Both the position numbers and the translations under genes were made by a program. Under the pieces are notes generated by a model. The model did not search any database. It was not told the DNA's origin and saw nothing but the letters and a program-made list of their open reading frames with translations. Below, in pieces: positions 10,380 to 23,712 of a stretch of 64,000 nt of DNA (position 1 is the stretch's first letter; the number at the start of each line of letters is the position of its first letter). Where the stretch lies: positions 3,162,001 to 3,226,000 of the forward strand of contig OZ024766.1 in NCBI GenBank assembly GCA_964016885.1. The letters are read 5' to 3'. This DNA is from Eledone cirrhosa. Taxonomy: Eukaryota.

Positions 10380-13300
10380 GATAAGGTAGGTAAATAGTTG
10401 TTGGTGGACAGGAAATGGAAGACAGACTTCCAGAGAAAGGTGGGGGATAAGGTAGGGAAATAGTTGTTGGTGGACAGGAAATGGAAGACAGCCTTCCAGA
10501 GAAAGGTGGGGGATAAGGTAGGGAAATAGTTGTTGGTGGACAGGTAATGGAAGACAGCCTTCCAGAGAAAGGTGGAGGATAAGGTAGGTAAATAGTTGTT
10601 GGTGGACAGGTAATGGAAGACAGCCTTCCAGAGAAAGGTGGAGGGTAAGGTAGGGAAATAGTTGTTGGTGGACAGGTAATGGAAGACAGCCTTCCAGAGA
10701 AAGGTGGGGGATAAGGTAGGGAAATAGTTGTTGGTGGACAGGAAATGGAAGACAGCCTTCCAGAGAAAGGTGGGGGATAAGGTAGGGAAATAGTTGTTGG
10801 TGGACAGGTAATGGAAGACAGCCTTCCAGAGAAAGGTGGAGGGTAAGGTAGGGAAATAGTTGTTGGTGGACAGGTAATGGAAGACAGCCTTCCAGAGAAA
10901 GGTGGAGGGTAAGGTAGGGAAATAGTTGTTGGTGGACAGGAAATAGAAGACAGCCTTCCAGAGAAAGGTGGGGGATAAGGTAGGGAAATAGTTGTTGGTG
11001 GACAGGTAATGGAAGACAGCCTTCCAGAGAAAGGTGGGGGATAAGGTAGGTAAATAGTTGTTGGTGGACAGGTAATGGAAGACAGACTTCCAGAGAAAGG
11101 TGGGGGACAAGGTAGGGAAATAGTTGTTGGTGGACAGGAAATAGAAGACAGCCTTCCAGAGAAAGGTGGAGGATAAGGTAGGTAAATAGTTGTTGGTGGA
11201 CAGGAAATGGAAGACAGCCTTCCAGAGAAAGGTGGGGGATAAGGTAGGGAAATAGTTGTTGGTGGACAGGTAATGGAAGACAGCCTTCCAGAGAAAGGTG
11301 GAGGATAAGGTAGGTAAATAGTTGTTGGTGGACAGGAAATGGAAGACAGCCTTCCAGAGAAAGGTGGAGGATAAGGTAGGTAAATAGTTGTTGGTGGACA
11401 GGTAATGGAAGACAGCCTTCCAGAGAAAGGTGGGGGATAAGGTAGGGAAATAGTTGTTGGTGGACAGGTAATGGAAGACAGCCTTCCAGAGAAAGGTGGA
11501 GGATAAGGTAGGTAAATAGTTGTTGGTGGACAGGAAATGGAAGACAGCCTTCCAGAGAAAGGTGGAGGATAAGGTAGGTAAATAGTTGTTGGTGGACAGG
11601 TAATGGAAGACAGCCTTCCAGAGAAAGGTGGGGGATAAGGTAGGGAAATAGTTGTTGGTGGACAGGAAATGGAAGACAGCCTTCCAGAGAAAGGTGAGGG
11701 ATAAGGTAGGGAAATAGTTGTTGGTGGTCAGGAAATGGAAGACAGCCTTCCAGAGAAAGGTGGAGGGTAAGGTAGGGAAATAGTTGTTGGTGGACAGGTA
11801 ATGGAAGACAGCCTTCCAGAGAAAGGTGGGGGATAAGGTAGGGAAATAGTTGTTGGTGGACAGGTAATGGAAGACAGCCTTCCAGAGAAAGGTGGAGGAT
11901 AAGGTAGGTAAATAGTTGTTGGTGGACAGGAAATGGAAGACAGCCTTCCAGAGAAAGGTGGAGGATAAGGTAGGTAAATAGTTGTTGGTGGACAGGTAAT
12001 GGAAGACAGCCTTCCAGAGAAAGGTGGGGGATAAGGTAGGGAAATAGTTGTTGGTGGACAGGAAATGGAAGACAGCCTTCCAGAGAAAGGTGAGGGATAA
12101 GGTAGGGAAATAGTTGTTGGTGGTCAGGAAATGGAAGACAGCCTTCCAGAGAAAGGTGGAGGGTAAGGTAGGGAAATAGTTGTTGGTGGACAGGTAATGG
12201 AAGACAGCCTTCCAGAGAAAGGTGGGGGATAAGGTAGGGAAATAGTTGTTGGTGGACAGGTAATGGAAGACAGCCTTCCAGAGAAAGGTGGGGGATAAGG
12301 TTGGGAAATAGTTGTTGGTGGACAGGTAATGGAAGACAGCCTTCCAGAGAAAGGTGGGGGATAAGGTAGGGAAATAGTTGTTGGTGGACAGGTAATGGAA
12401 GACAGCCTTCCAGAGAAAGGTGGAGGGTAAGGTAGGGAAATAGTTGTTGGTGGACAGGTAATGGAAGACAGCCTTCCAGAGAAAGGTGGGGGATAAGGTA
12501 GGTAAATAGTTGTTGGTGGACAGGTAATGGAAGACAGACTTCAAGAGAAAGGTGGGGGATAAGGTAGGGAAATAGTTGTTGGTGGACAGGTAATGGAAGA
12601 CAGCCTTCCAGAGAAAGGTGGAGGATAAGGTAGGGAAATAGTTGTTGGTGGACAGGAAATAGAAGACAGCCTTCCAGAGAAAGGTGGAGGATAAGGTAGG
12701 TAAATAGTTGTTGGTGGACAGGAAATGGAAGACAGCCTTCCAGAGAAAGGTGGAGGATAAGGTAGGTAAATAGTTGTTGGTGGACAGGAAATGGAAGATA
12801 GCCTTCCAGAGAAAGGTGGGGGATAAGGTAGGGAAATAGTTGTTGGTGGACAGGAAATGGAAGACAGCCTTCCAGAGAAAGGTGAGGGATAAGGTAGGGA
12901 AATAGTTGTTGGTGGTCAGGAAATGGAAGACAGCCTTCCAGAGAAAGGTGGAGGGTAAGGTAGGGAAATAGTTGTTGGTGGACAGGTAATGGAAGACAGC
13001 CTTCCAGAGAAAGGTGGGGGATAAGGTAGGGAAATAGTTGTTGGTGGACAGGTAATGGAAGACAGCTTTCCAGAGAAAGGTGGAGGATAAGGTGGGTAAA
13101 TAGTTGTTGGTGGACAGGAAATAGAAGACAGCCTTCCAGAGAAAGGTGGAGGGTAAGGTAGGAAAATAGTTGTTGGTGGACAGGAAATAGAAGACAGCCT
13201 TCCAGAGAAAGGTGGAGGATAAGGTAGGTAAATAGTTGTTGGTGGACAGGAAATAGAAGACAGCCTTCCAGAGAAAGGTGGAGGATAAGGTAGGTAAATA

Positions 13301-16300
13301 GTTGTTGGTGGACAGGTAATGGAAGACAGCTTTCCAGAGAAAGGTGGAGGATAAGGTGGGTAAATAGTTGTTGGTGGACAGGAAATAGAAGACAGCCTTC
13401 CAGAGAAAGGTGGAGGGTAAGGTAGGGAAATAGTTGTTGGTTGACAGGAAATGGAAGACAGACTTCCAGAGAAAGGTGGGGGATAAGGTAGGTAAATAGT
13501 TGTTGGTGGACAGGAAATAGAAGACAGCCTTCCAGAGAAAGGTGGAGGATAAGGTAGGTAAATAGTTGTTGGTGGACAGGAAATAGAAGACAGCCTTCCA
13601 GAGAAAGGTGGAGGATAAGGTAGGTAAATAGTTGTTGGTGGACAGGTAATGGAAGACAGCTTTCCAGAGAAAGGTGGAGGATAAGGTGGGTAAATAGTTG
13701 TTGGTGGACAGGAAATAGAAGACAGCCTTCCAGAGAAAGGTGGAGGGTAAGGTAGGGAAATAGTTGTTGGTTGACAGGAAATGGAAGACAGACTTCCAGA
13801 GAAAGGTGGGGGATAAGGTAGGTAAATAGTTGTTGGTGGACAGGAAATAGAAGACAGCCTTCCAGAGAAAGGTGGAGGATAAGGTAGGTAAATAGTTGTT
13901 GGTGGACAGGAAATAGAAGACAGCCTTCCAGAGAAAGGTGGGGGATAAGGTAGGGAAATAGTTGTTGGTGGACAGGTAATGGAAGACAGCCTTCCAGAGA
14001 AAGGTGGGGGATAAGGTAGGTAAATAGTTGTTGGTGGACAGGTAATGGAAGACAGACTTCCAGAGAAAGGTGGGGGATAAGGTAGGGAAATAGTTGTTGG
14101 TGGACAAGTAATGGAAGACAGCCTTCCAGAGAAAGGTGGAGGATAAGGTAGGGAAATAGTTGTTGGTGGACAGGAAATAGAAGACAGCCTTCCAGAGAAA
14201 GGTGGAGGATAAGGTAGGTAAATAGTTGTTGGTGGACAGCAAATGGAAGACAGCCTTCCAGAGAAAGGTGGAGGATAAGGTAGGTAAATAGTTGTTGGTG
14301 GACAGGAAATGGAAGATAGCCTTCCAGAGAAAGGTGGGGGATAAGGTAGGGAAATAGTTGTTGGTGGACAGGAAATGGAAAACAGCCTTCCAGAGAAAGG
14401 TGAGGGATAAGGTAGGGAAATAGTTGTTGGTGGTCAGGAAATGGAAGACAGCCTTCCAGAGAAAGGTGGAGGGTAAGGTAGGGAAATAGTTGTTGGTGGA
14501 CAGGTAATAGAAGACAGCCTTCCAGAGAAAGGTGGAGGGTAAGGTAGGGAAATAGTTGTTGGTGGACAGGTAATGGAAGACAGCCTTCCAGAGAAAGGTG
14601 GAGGGTAAGGTAGGGAAATAGTTGTTGGTGGACAGGTAATGGAAGACAGCTTTCCAGAGAAAGGTGGAGGATAAGGTTGGGAAATAGTTGTTGGTGGACA
14701 GGTAATGGAAGACAGCCTTCCAGAGAAAGGTGGAGGGTAAGGTAGGGAAATAGTTGTTGGTGGACAGGTAATGGAAGACAGCCTTCCAGAGAAAGGTGGA
14801 GGGTAAGGTAGGGAAATAGTTGTTGGTGGACAGGTAATAGAAGACAGCCTTCCAGAGAAAGGTGGAGGGTAAGGTAGGGAAATAGTTGTTGGTGGACAGG
14901 TAATAGAAGACAGCCTTCCAGAGAAAGGTGGAGGGTAAGGTAGGGAAATAGTTGTTGGTGGACAGGAAATAGAAGACAGCCTTCCAGAGAAAGGTGGAGG
15001 ATAAGGTTGGGAAATAGTTGTTGGTGGACAGGTAATGGAAGACAGCCTTCCAGAGAAAGGTGGAGGGTAAGGTAGGGAAATAGTTGTTGGTGACAGGTAA
15101 TGGAAGACAGCCTTCCAGAGAAAGGTGGGGGATAAGGTAGGGAAATAGTTGTTGGTGGACAGGTAATGGAAGACAGCCTTCCAGAGAAAGGTGGGGGATA
15201 AGGTAGGTAAATAGTTGTTGGTGGACAGGTAATGGAAGACAGACTTCCAGAGAAAGGTGGGGGATAAGGTAGGGAAATAGTTGTTGGTGGACAGGAAATG
15301 GAAGACAGCCTTCCAGAGAAAGGTGTAGGATAAGGTAGGTAAATAGTTGTTGGTGGACAGGTAATGGAAGACAGCTTTCCAGAGAAAGGTGGAGGATAAG
15401 GTAGGTAAATAGTTGTTGGTGGACAGGAAATAGAAGACAGCCTTCCAGAGAAAGGTGGAGGGTAAGGTAGGGAAATAGTTGTTGGTGGACAGGAAATGGA
15501 AGACAGCCTTCCAGAGAAAGGTGGAGGGTAAGGTAGGGAAATAGTTGTTGGTGGACAGGAAATAGAAGACAGCCTTCCAGAGAAAGGTGGGGGATAAGGT
15601 AGGGAAATAGTTGTTGGTGGACAGGTAATGGAAGACAGCCTTCCAGAGAAAGGTGTAGGATAAGGTAGGTAAATAGTTGTTGGTGGACAGGTAATGGAAG
15701 ACAGCTTTCCAGAGAAAGGTGGAGGATAAGGTAGGTAAATAGTTGTTGGTGGACAGGAAATAGAAGACAGCCTTCCAGAGAAAGGTGGAGGGTAAGGTAG
15801 GGAAATAGTTGTTGGTGGACAGGAAATGGAAGACAGCCTTCCAGAGAAAGGTGGAGGGTAAGGTAGGGAAATAGTTGTTGGTGGACAGGAAATAGAAGAC
15901 AGCCTTCCAGAGAAAGGTGGGGGATAAGGTAGGGAAATAGTTGTTGGTGGACAGGTAATGGAAGACAGCCTTCCAGAGAAAGGTGAGGGATAAGGTAGGG
16001 AAATAGTTGTTGGTGGTCAGGAAATGGAAGACAGCCTTCCAGAGAAAGGTGGAGGGTAAGGTAGGGAAATAGTTGTTGGTGGACAGGTAATGGAAGACAG
16101 CCTTCCAGAGAAAGGTGGGGGATAAGGTAGGGAAATAGTTGTTGGTGGACAGGTAATGGAAGACAGCCTTCCAGAGAAAGGTGGGGCTAAGGTTGGGAAA
16201 TAGTTGTTGGTGGACAGGTAATGGAAGACAGCCTTCCAGAGAAAGGTGGGGGATAAGGTAGGGAAATAGTTGTTGGTGGACAGGTAATGGAAGACAGCCT

Positions 16301-19300
16301 TCCAGAGAAAGGTGGAGGGTAAGGTAGGGAAATAGTTGTTGGTGGACAGGTAATGGAAGACAGCCTTCCAGAGAAAGGTGGAGGATAAGGTAGGGAAATA
16401 GTTGTTGGTGGACAGGAAATAGAAGACAGCCCTCCAGAGAAAGGTGGGGGATAAGGTAGGGAAATAGTTGTTGGTGGACAGGTAATGGAAGACAGCCTTC
16501 CAGAGAAAGGTGGGGGATAAGGTAGGTAAATAGTTGTTGGTGGACAGGTAATGGAAGACAGACTTCAAGAGAAAGGTGGGGGATAAGGTAGGGAAATAGT
16601 TGTTGGTGGACAGGTAATGGAAGACAGCCTTCCAGAGAAAGGTGGAGGATAAGGTAGGGAAATAGTTGTTGGTGGAAAGGAAATAGAAGACAGCCTTCCA
16701 GAGAATGGTGGAGGATAAGGTAGGTAAATAGTTGTTGGTGGACAGGAAATGGAAGACAGCCTTCCAGAGAAAGGTGGAGGATAAGGTAGGTAAATAGTTG
16801 TTGGTGGACAGGAAATGGAAGATAGCCTTCCAGAGAAAGGTGGGGGATAAGGTAGGGAAATAGTTGTTGGTGGACAGGAAATGGAAGACAGCCTTCCAGA
16901 GAAAGGTGAGGGATAAGGTAGGGAAATAGTTGTTGGTGGTCAGGAAATGGAAGACAGCCTTCCAGAGAAAGGTGGAGGGTAAGGTAGGGAAATAGTTGTT
17001 GGTGGACAGGTAATGGAAGACAGCCTTCCAGAGAAAGGTGGGGGATAAGGTAGGGAAATAGTTGTTGGTGGACAGGAAATAGAAGACAGCCTTCCAGAGA
17101 AAGGTGGAGGATAAGGTAGGTAAATAGTTGTTGGTGGACAGGAAATAGAAGACAGCCTTCCAGAGAAAGGTGGAGGATAAGGTAGGTAAATAGTTGTTGG
17201 TGGACAGGTAATGGAAGACAGCTTTCCAGAGAAAGGTGGAGGATAAGGTGGGTAAATAGTTGTTGGTGGACAGGAAATAGAAGACAGCCTTCCAGAGAAA
17301 GGTGGAGGGTAAGGTAGGAAAATAGCTGTTGGTGGACAGGAAATGGAAGACAGCCTTCCAGAGAAAGGTGGAGGATAAGGTAGGGAAATAGTTGTTGGTG
17401 GACAGGAAATGGAAGACAGCCTTCCAGAGAAAGGTGAGGGATAAGGTAGGGAAATAGTTGTTGGTGGTCAGGAAATGGAAGACAGCCTTCCAGAGAAAGG
17501 TGGAGGGTAAGGTAGGGAAATAGTTGTTGGTGGACAGGTAATGGAAGACAGCCTTCCAGAGAAAGGTGGGGGATAAGGTAGGGAAATAGTTGTTGGTGGA
17601 CAGGAAATAGAAGACAGCCTTCCAGAGAAAGGTGGAGGATAAGGTAGGTAAATAGTTGTTGGTGGACAGGAAATAGAAGACAGCCTTCCAGAGAAAGGTG
17701 GAGGATAAGGTAGGTAAATAGTTGTTGGTGGACAGGTAATGGAAGACAGCTTTCCAGAGAAAGGTGGAGGATAAGGTGGGTAAATAGTTGTTGGTGGACA
17801 GGAAATAGAAGACAGCCTTCCAGAGAAAGGTGGAGGGTAAGGTAGGAAAATAGCTGTTGGTGGACAGGAAATGGAAGACAGCCTTCCAGAGAAAGGTGGA
17901 GGATAAGGTAGGGAAATAGTTGTTGGTGGACAGGAAATAGAAGACAGCCTTCCAGAGAAAGGTGGAGGGTAAGGTAGGGAAATAGTTGTTGGTGGACAGG
18001 AAATAGAAGACAGCCTTCCAGAGAAAGGTGGAGGGTAAGGTAGGGAAATAGTTGTTGGTGGACAGGTAATGGAAGACAGCCTTCCAGAGAAAGGTGGGGG
18101 ATAAGGTAGGGAAATAGTTGTTGGTGGACAGGTAATGGAAGACAGCCTTCCAGAGAAAGGTGAGGGATAAGGTAGGGAAATAGTTGTTGGTGGTCAGGAA
18201 ATGGAAGACAGCCTTCCAGAGAAAGGTGGAGGGTAAGGTAGGGAAATAGTTGTTGGTGGACAGGTAATGGAAGACAGCCTTCCAGAGAAAGGTGGGGGAT
18301 AAGGTAGGGAAATAGTTGTTGGTGGACAGGAAATAGAAGACAGCCTTCCAGAGAAAGGTGGAGGATAAGGTAGGTAAATAGTTGTTGGTGGACAGGAAAT
18401 AGAAGACAGCCTTCCAGAGAAAGGTGGAGGATAAGGTAGGTAAATAGTTGTTGGTGGACAGGTAATGGAAGACAGCTTTCCAGAGAAAGGTGGAGGATAA
18501 GGTGGGTAAATAGTTGTTGGTGGACAGGAAATAGAAGACAGCCTTCCAGAGAAAGGTGGAGGGTAAGGTAGGAAAATAGCTGTTGGTGGACAGGAAATGG
18601 AAGACAGCCTTCCAGAGAAAGGTGGAGGATAAGGTAGGGAAATAGTTGTTGGTGGACAGGAAATAGAAGACAGCCTTCCAGAGAAAGGTGGAGGGTAAGG
18701 TAGGGAAATAGTTGTTGGTGGACAGGAAATAGAAGACAGCCTTCCAGAGAAAGGTGGAGGGTAAGGTAGGGAAATAGTTGTTGGTGGACAGGAAATAGAA
18801 GACAGCCTTCCAGAGAAAGGTGGAGGGTAAGGTAGGGAAATAGTTGTTGGTTGACAGGAAATGGAAGACAGACTTCCAGAGAAAGGTGGGGGATAAGGTA
18901 GGGAAATAGTTGTTGGTGGACAGGAAATAGAAGACAGCCTTCCAGAGAAAGGTGGAGGGTAAGGTAGGGAAATAGTTGTTGGTGGACAGGAAATAGAAGA
19001 CAGCCTTCCAGAGAAAGGTGGAGGGTAAGGTAGGGAAATAGTTGTTGGTGGACAGGAAATAGAAGACAGCCTTCCAGAGAAAGGTGGAGGGTAAGGTAGG
19101 GAAATAGTTGTTGGTGGACAGGAAATAGAAGACAGCCTTCCAGAGAAAGGTGGAGGGTAAGGTAGGGAAATAGTTGTTGGTTGACAGGAAATGGAAGACA
19201 GACTTCCAGAGAAAGGTGGGGGATAAGGTAGGGAAATAGTTGTTGGTGGACAGGTAATAGAAGACAGCCTTCCAGAGAAAGGTGGAGGATAAGGTAGGGA

Positions 19301-20543
19301 AATAGTTGTTGGTGGACAGGAAATGGAAGACAGCCTTCCAGAGAAAGGTGGAGGGTAAGGTAGGTAAATAGTTGTTGGTGGACAGGTAATGGAAGACAGC
19401 CTTCCAGAGAAAGGTGGGGGATAAGGTAGGGAAATAGTTGTTGGTGGACAGGAAATAGAAGACAGCCTTCCAGAGAAAGGTGGAGGATAAGGTAGGTAAA
19501 TAGTTGTTGGTGGACAGGAAATGGAAGACAGCCTTCCAGAGAAAGCTGGAGGATAAGGTAGAGAAATAGTTGTTGGTGGACAGGTAATGGAAGACGGCCT
19601 TCCAGAGAAAGGTGGAGGATAAGGTAGGGAAATAGTTGTTGGTGGACAGGTAATGGAAGACAGCCTTCCAGAGAAAGGTGGAGGATAAGGTAGGGAAATA
19701 GTTGTTGGTTGACAGGAAATGGAAGACAGCCTTCCAGAGAAAGGTGGGGGATAAGGTAGGGAAATAGTTGTTGGTGGACAGGTAATGGAAGACAGCCTTC
19801 CAGAGAAAGGTGGGGGATAAGGTAGGTAAATAGTTGTTGGTGGACAGGTAATGGAAGACAGCCTTCCAGAGAAAGGTGGAGGATAAGGTAGGGAAATAGT
19901 TGTTGGTGGACAGGTAATAGAAGACAGCCTTCCAGAGAAAGGTGGAGGGTAAGGTAGGGAAATAGTTGTTGGTGGACAGGTAATGGAAGACAGCCTTCCA
20001 GAGAAAGGTGGAGGATAAGGTAGGGAAATAGTTGTTGGTGGACAGGTAATGGAAGACAGCCTTCCAGAGAAAGGTGGAGGATAAGGTAGGGAAATAGTTG
20101 TTGGTGGACAGGAAATAGAAGACAGCCTTCCAGAGAAAGGTGGAGGGTAAGGTAGGGAAATAGTTGTTGGTTGACAGGAAATGGAAGACAGCCTTCCAGA
20201 GAAAGGTGGGGGATAAGGTAGGGAAATAGTTGTTGGTGGACAGGTAATGGAAGACAGCCTTCCAGAGAAAGGTGGAGGATAAGGTAGGGAAATAGTTGTT
20301 GGTGGACAGGAAATAGAAGACAGCCTTCCAGAGAAAGGTGGGGGATAAGGTAGGGAAATAGTTGTTGGTGGACAGGAAATGGAAGACAGCCTTCCAGAGA
20401 AAGGTGGAGGATAAGGTAGGTAAATAGTTGTTGGTGGACAGGAAATAGAAGACAGCCTTCCAGAGAAAGGTGGGGGATAAGGTAGGTAAATAGTTGTTGG
20501 TGGACAGGAAATGGAAGACAGCCTTCCAGAGAAAGGTGGGGGA
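10380..20543. repeat. 66-bp tandem satellite, about 154 copies, G/purine-rich plus strand
   Basis: Consensus GATAAGGTAGGKAAATAGTTGTTGGTGGACAGGWAATRGAAGACAGCCTTCCAGAGAAAGGTGGRG. Only two 1-bp deletions seen (~15092, ~16186). Explains the 22-aa-periodic giant ORFs. Confidence 0.98.
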
Positions 20544-20989
20544 GTTGTTCAGAGATGTGATAGAACAACTTGCTTTCACTATAGCTAAGAATACAAAATA
20601 AAGTTTCAAATATTACTGGGGATTAAGAGTTGAGAGAAAAACAATATTTAAATAGGGGAATTTTAATTAAATTATAACTAATTAAAGACATAATAATAAT
20701 AACGGAGGAATCAATTATTAATTCTTTAAACATTCTGGCATTTAATAAGTGAGAGAAGTATATCTCTAGTATATTTTCTTCCTGCAGGAAATTTGTTAGA
20801 TACAACAGAAATAAGTTCCCTGAAAAAAATCTTGTATTAAAAATACAACAATATTAAATTATCTCACCAATGTAAGATATAGTTATAGTGTTTGATGATT
20901 GTTATGACATTGTAATATCTTCTTTCATATGTAGATATATTTATGGTTAAAAAGACAATAGTTTCATACAATGATTTTTGACACTGATA

Positions 20990-21940
20990 CTATTTCACTT
21001 CTGTATGAACAGATACATGTCTAGTTAATTTACTTTTTTGAGAGAATGATTCACCACAGATATCACACTGATGAGGTTTCTCTCCTGTATGAAGACGTAT
21101 GTGTTGAGTTAAGTGACCTAACTGACAGAATGATTTACCACAGATGTCACAGCGATGAGGTTTCTCTCCTGTATGAATATATTTGTGTTTTGTTAAAGTA
21201 TCTACCCGAGAGAATGATTTACCACAGATATCACACTGATGAGGTTTCTCACCTGTATGAATGCGCATGTGTTTGGTTAAGTTACTTGACTGAGTGAATG
21301 ATTTACCACAGATATCACAGTGATGAGGTTTCTCTCCTGTATGACTATATTTGTGTATTGTTAACTGACCTAACTGAGAGAATGACTTTCCACAGATATT
21401 ACAGTGATGAGGTTTCTCTCCTGTATGAGTACGTTTGTGTTTGGTTACGTCACTTGTACAAGAGAATGATTTATCACAGATATCACAGTGATGAGGTTTC
21501 TCTCCTGTATGAATATATTTGTGTATTGTTAAATGACCTAACTGAGAGAATGATTTTCCACAGATATCACAGGGATAAGGCTTCTCTCCTGTATGAATAC
21601 GTTTGTGTCTAGTGACACCACTTATACAGGAGAATGATTTACCACAGATATCACAGTGATGAGGTTTCTCTCCTGTATGACAACGTTTGTGTTCGGTTAC
21701 GTGACTTGTACAAGAGAAGGATTTACCACAAATATCACAGGGATATGGTTTCTCACCTGTATGACTACGCATGTGTCTAGTTAAATGACTTGTTCGAGAG
21801 AATGATTTACCACAGATATCACAGTGATGAGGTTTCTTTCTTCTATGAGCACGTCTGTGTCTAGTTAAATGACTTGTACAAGAGAATGATTTACCACAGA
21901 TATCACAGCAGTATGATGATTTTCCTTCCTCTTCTGACAT
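20990..21940 (-). CDS. C2H2 zinc-finger gene ZNF-3 ([10 protein letters not shown] subfamily), 316 aa, 11 fingers, intact
   Basis: ORF track translation; clean end HVSVHTEVK*. Confidence 0.92.
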   Translation of the reverse strand: MSEEEGKSSYCCDICGKSFSCTSHLTRHRRAHRRKKPHHCDICGKSFSRTSHLTRHMRSHTGEKPYPCDICGKSFSCTSHVTEHKRCHTGEKPHHCDICGKSFSCISGVTRHKRIHTGEKPYPCDICGKSFSQLGHLTIHKYIHTGEKPHHCDICDKSFSCTSDVTKHKRTHTGEKPHHCNICGKSFSQLGQLTIHKYSHTGEKPHHCDICGKSFTQSSNLTKHMRIHTGEKPHQCDICGKSFSRVDTLTKHKYIHTGEKPHRCDICGKSFCQLGHLTQHIRLHTGEKPHQCDICGESFSQKSKLTRHVSVHTEVK

Positions 21941-22659
21941 CTCTTCAAGAAAAAAATATCAATCTAAGTGTCTTCCCAGAACTTATTCTCTCAACACAAT
22001 ATATTGATATTGTTTCTTGGTTTTGTTTTTACAGTTTATTCCCAACAAATATTTCCTCTGTTAAATCTCCATCAGCTGTGCTCTTTGTTGACAAATTTCT
22101 TTGTAAATTTTTGCAACTTTACTAAGAATGCAGAATCTTCTTGAACACTTTCCAGATAGGAAGAAGAGAAATCTTTCCATCAACCTCAGTTTAGAAGAAA
22201 TATTTCACTGTAATTCACCAAATGTTGATATAAAAAGACTTGTATAAACACTGTGTAAAATCTTGTGTTAGTCTTTTAAACAATGATATTGATGTTGTAT
22301 CTGAAGTAAAAATTTCTCTTCTGTCAATGTCATGTGATATTCTGAAATAACAGAGAAACAAAATAAGATATAGAGGAGAGGATATTAAAATGTTGTGATT
22401 CAACAATGGGAATTTTACCTTTCTTTAATGATAAATAGTCAACATCATCATCGTTTAACATCCATCTTCCACACTCGTGTAAAATATATATAATGAAAAT
22501 AAAAATGATTGTGTACAGTGCTCAGGTGCACTACAACTGATAGAATTATGTACAAATGTCAGGAAAATTAACAGTGTACAAGTCCTGATAAACACACACA
22601 CACATGTGTGTGTGTGTATGGACGGGGACTATCAGGTGCAAGTGATGGAAAATTTGGGG

Positions 22660-23250
22660 AAGCATGGAAGTTTTGAAGGATGCATCAGTGATTCGGGTAA
22701 TGTCTTCAGGAAAGTCTATGAGTTGATCACAGTCGCTGGAGTTAGGGGTAAATCCAAATTGCGTGGGTCGGATGAGGCTGTGAGAGTTCCAGAGTGGTTC
22801 TCTCACACAGGACTCCATCAGTTTGGCGATGCAGCTAGTTAGATTGACTGGACAATAGTTGAGAGGTGACATGCGATCACCCTTCTTGAACAAAGGAATG
22901 GCACTGGCAGTTTTCTACTGCTCAGAGGTAACTCCATTGTTAAGGCAGAATTGAAAGAAGAGTGAAAGCTGGTGCAGAAAAAAGTAACCAACATGTCTCA
23001 GAAGCAGGTACGTAACATAATTACGACCAGGAGAAGGATAGTTGAACTTATTCTTATGGTGGCATCATAGTATCGTAGGTGTAAATTCTATACTTGTTAT
23101 TGAATTTGATGTCAGAGGTGGTGGATATGGTACATTTTGATCATCAGTAGTCCAGCCTGTGTGGGGATTGCACAGAGGACTTACTGGAGAGTGAGGTCTC
23201 TTCTTTGAATGTACATATTTCCAGAACACTTTGCTGTCAGGGTTTTTCAC
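22660..23250 (-). mobile_element. CR1/L2-like LINE ORF2 fragment (pre-RT and RT N-terminus) in the ZNF-3 intron
   Basis: SKVFWKYVHSKKR and FKKGDRMSPLNYCPVNLTSCIAKLMES...QFGF match the generic non-LTR motif KKGD..NYRP(V/I)SLTS...K.ME...Q.GF. Confidence 0.8.
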
Positions 23251-23551
23251 AGTATTAAAACCTTATTATGTAGAAACACCAATAAAAAGAAACATGCGAA
23301 GAAAAATTGCCATCAGAGAAACCTCCAAGAGTCCCATCTGCTCCATTTTCTAAAAGAATGAGTGGTTTCTGACTAATTTTGAGGTCAGATTTGTCGAGAA
23401 CACAGAGATAAAATTTGGGGTGAAAATAAACAATTTCCCTTCAAACGACTGAGGGGTTAGGGTTATAATACAAGGTTGTGAACAACATGATTTATTAGAC
23501 TGAGGTTATTTAAATAATTAAGACAGACATGACAAGGTATTAGTATAGAAG

Positions 23552-23712
23552 ATTGGCAGTATCAGTAGAGCATTAGACGCAGTGCTTTACACCATAGAGT
23601 TATGTCCCTTTACAGTCAACTTTGCCTTTCATCCTTACAGGGTCGATAAAATAAAGTACCAGTAATACACAGGGGTTATTGCTGGCCTTGTGCCAAAAGT
23701 AGAAACAATTAT
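23552..23712 (+). mobile_element. tRNA-derived SINE, internally deleted copy
   Basis: Paralog of 31093-31275 with the same TATAGAAG flanks. Confidence 0.7.

Noticed and set aside
10380-20543. CRISPR-like reading of the 66-bp array (and of the 128-bp hairpin array at 61452-62100)
   Set aside because: No unique spacers, no cas genes, eukaryotic context.
20560-20609. Apparent signal peptide MKLYFVFLAIVKASCS on the 1530-aa ORF
   Set aside because: Starts at TTG, and the hydrophobic run is the translation of a polypyrimidine tract.
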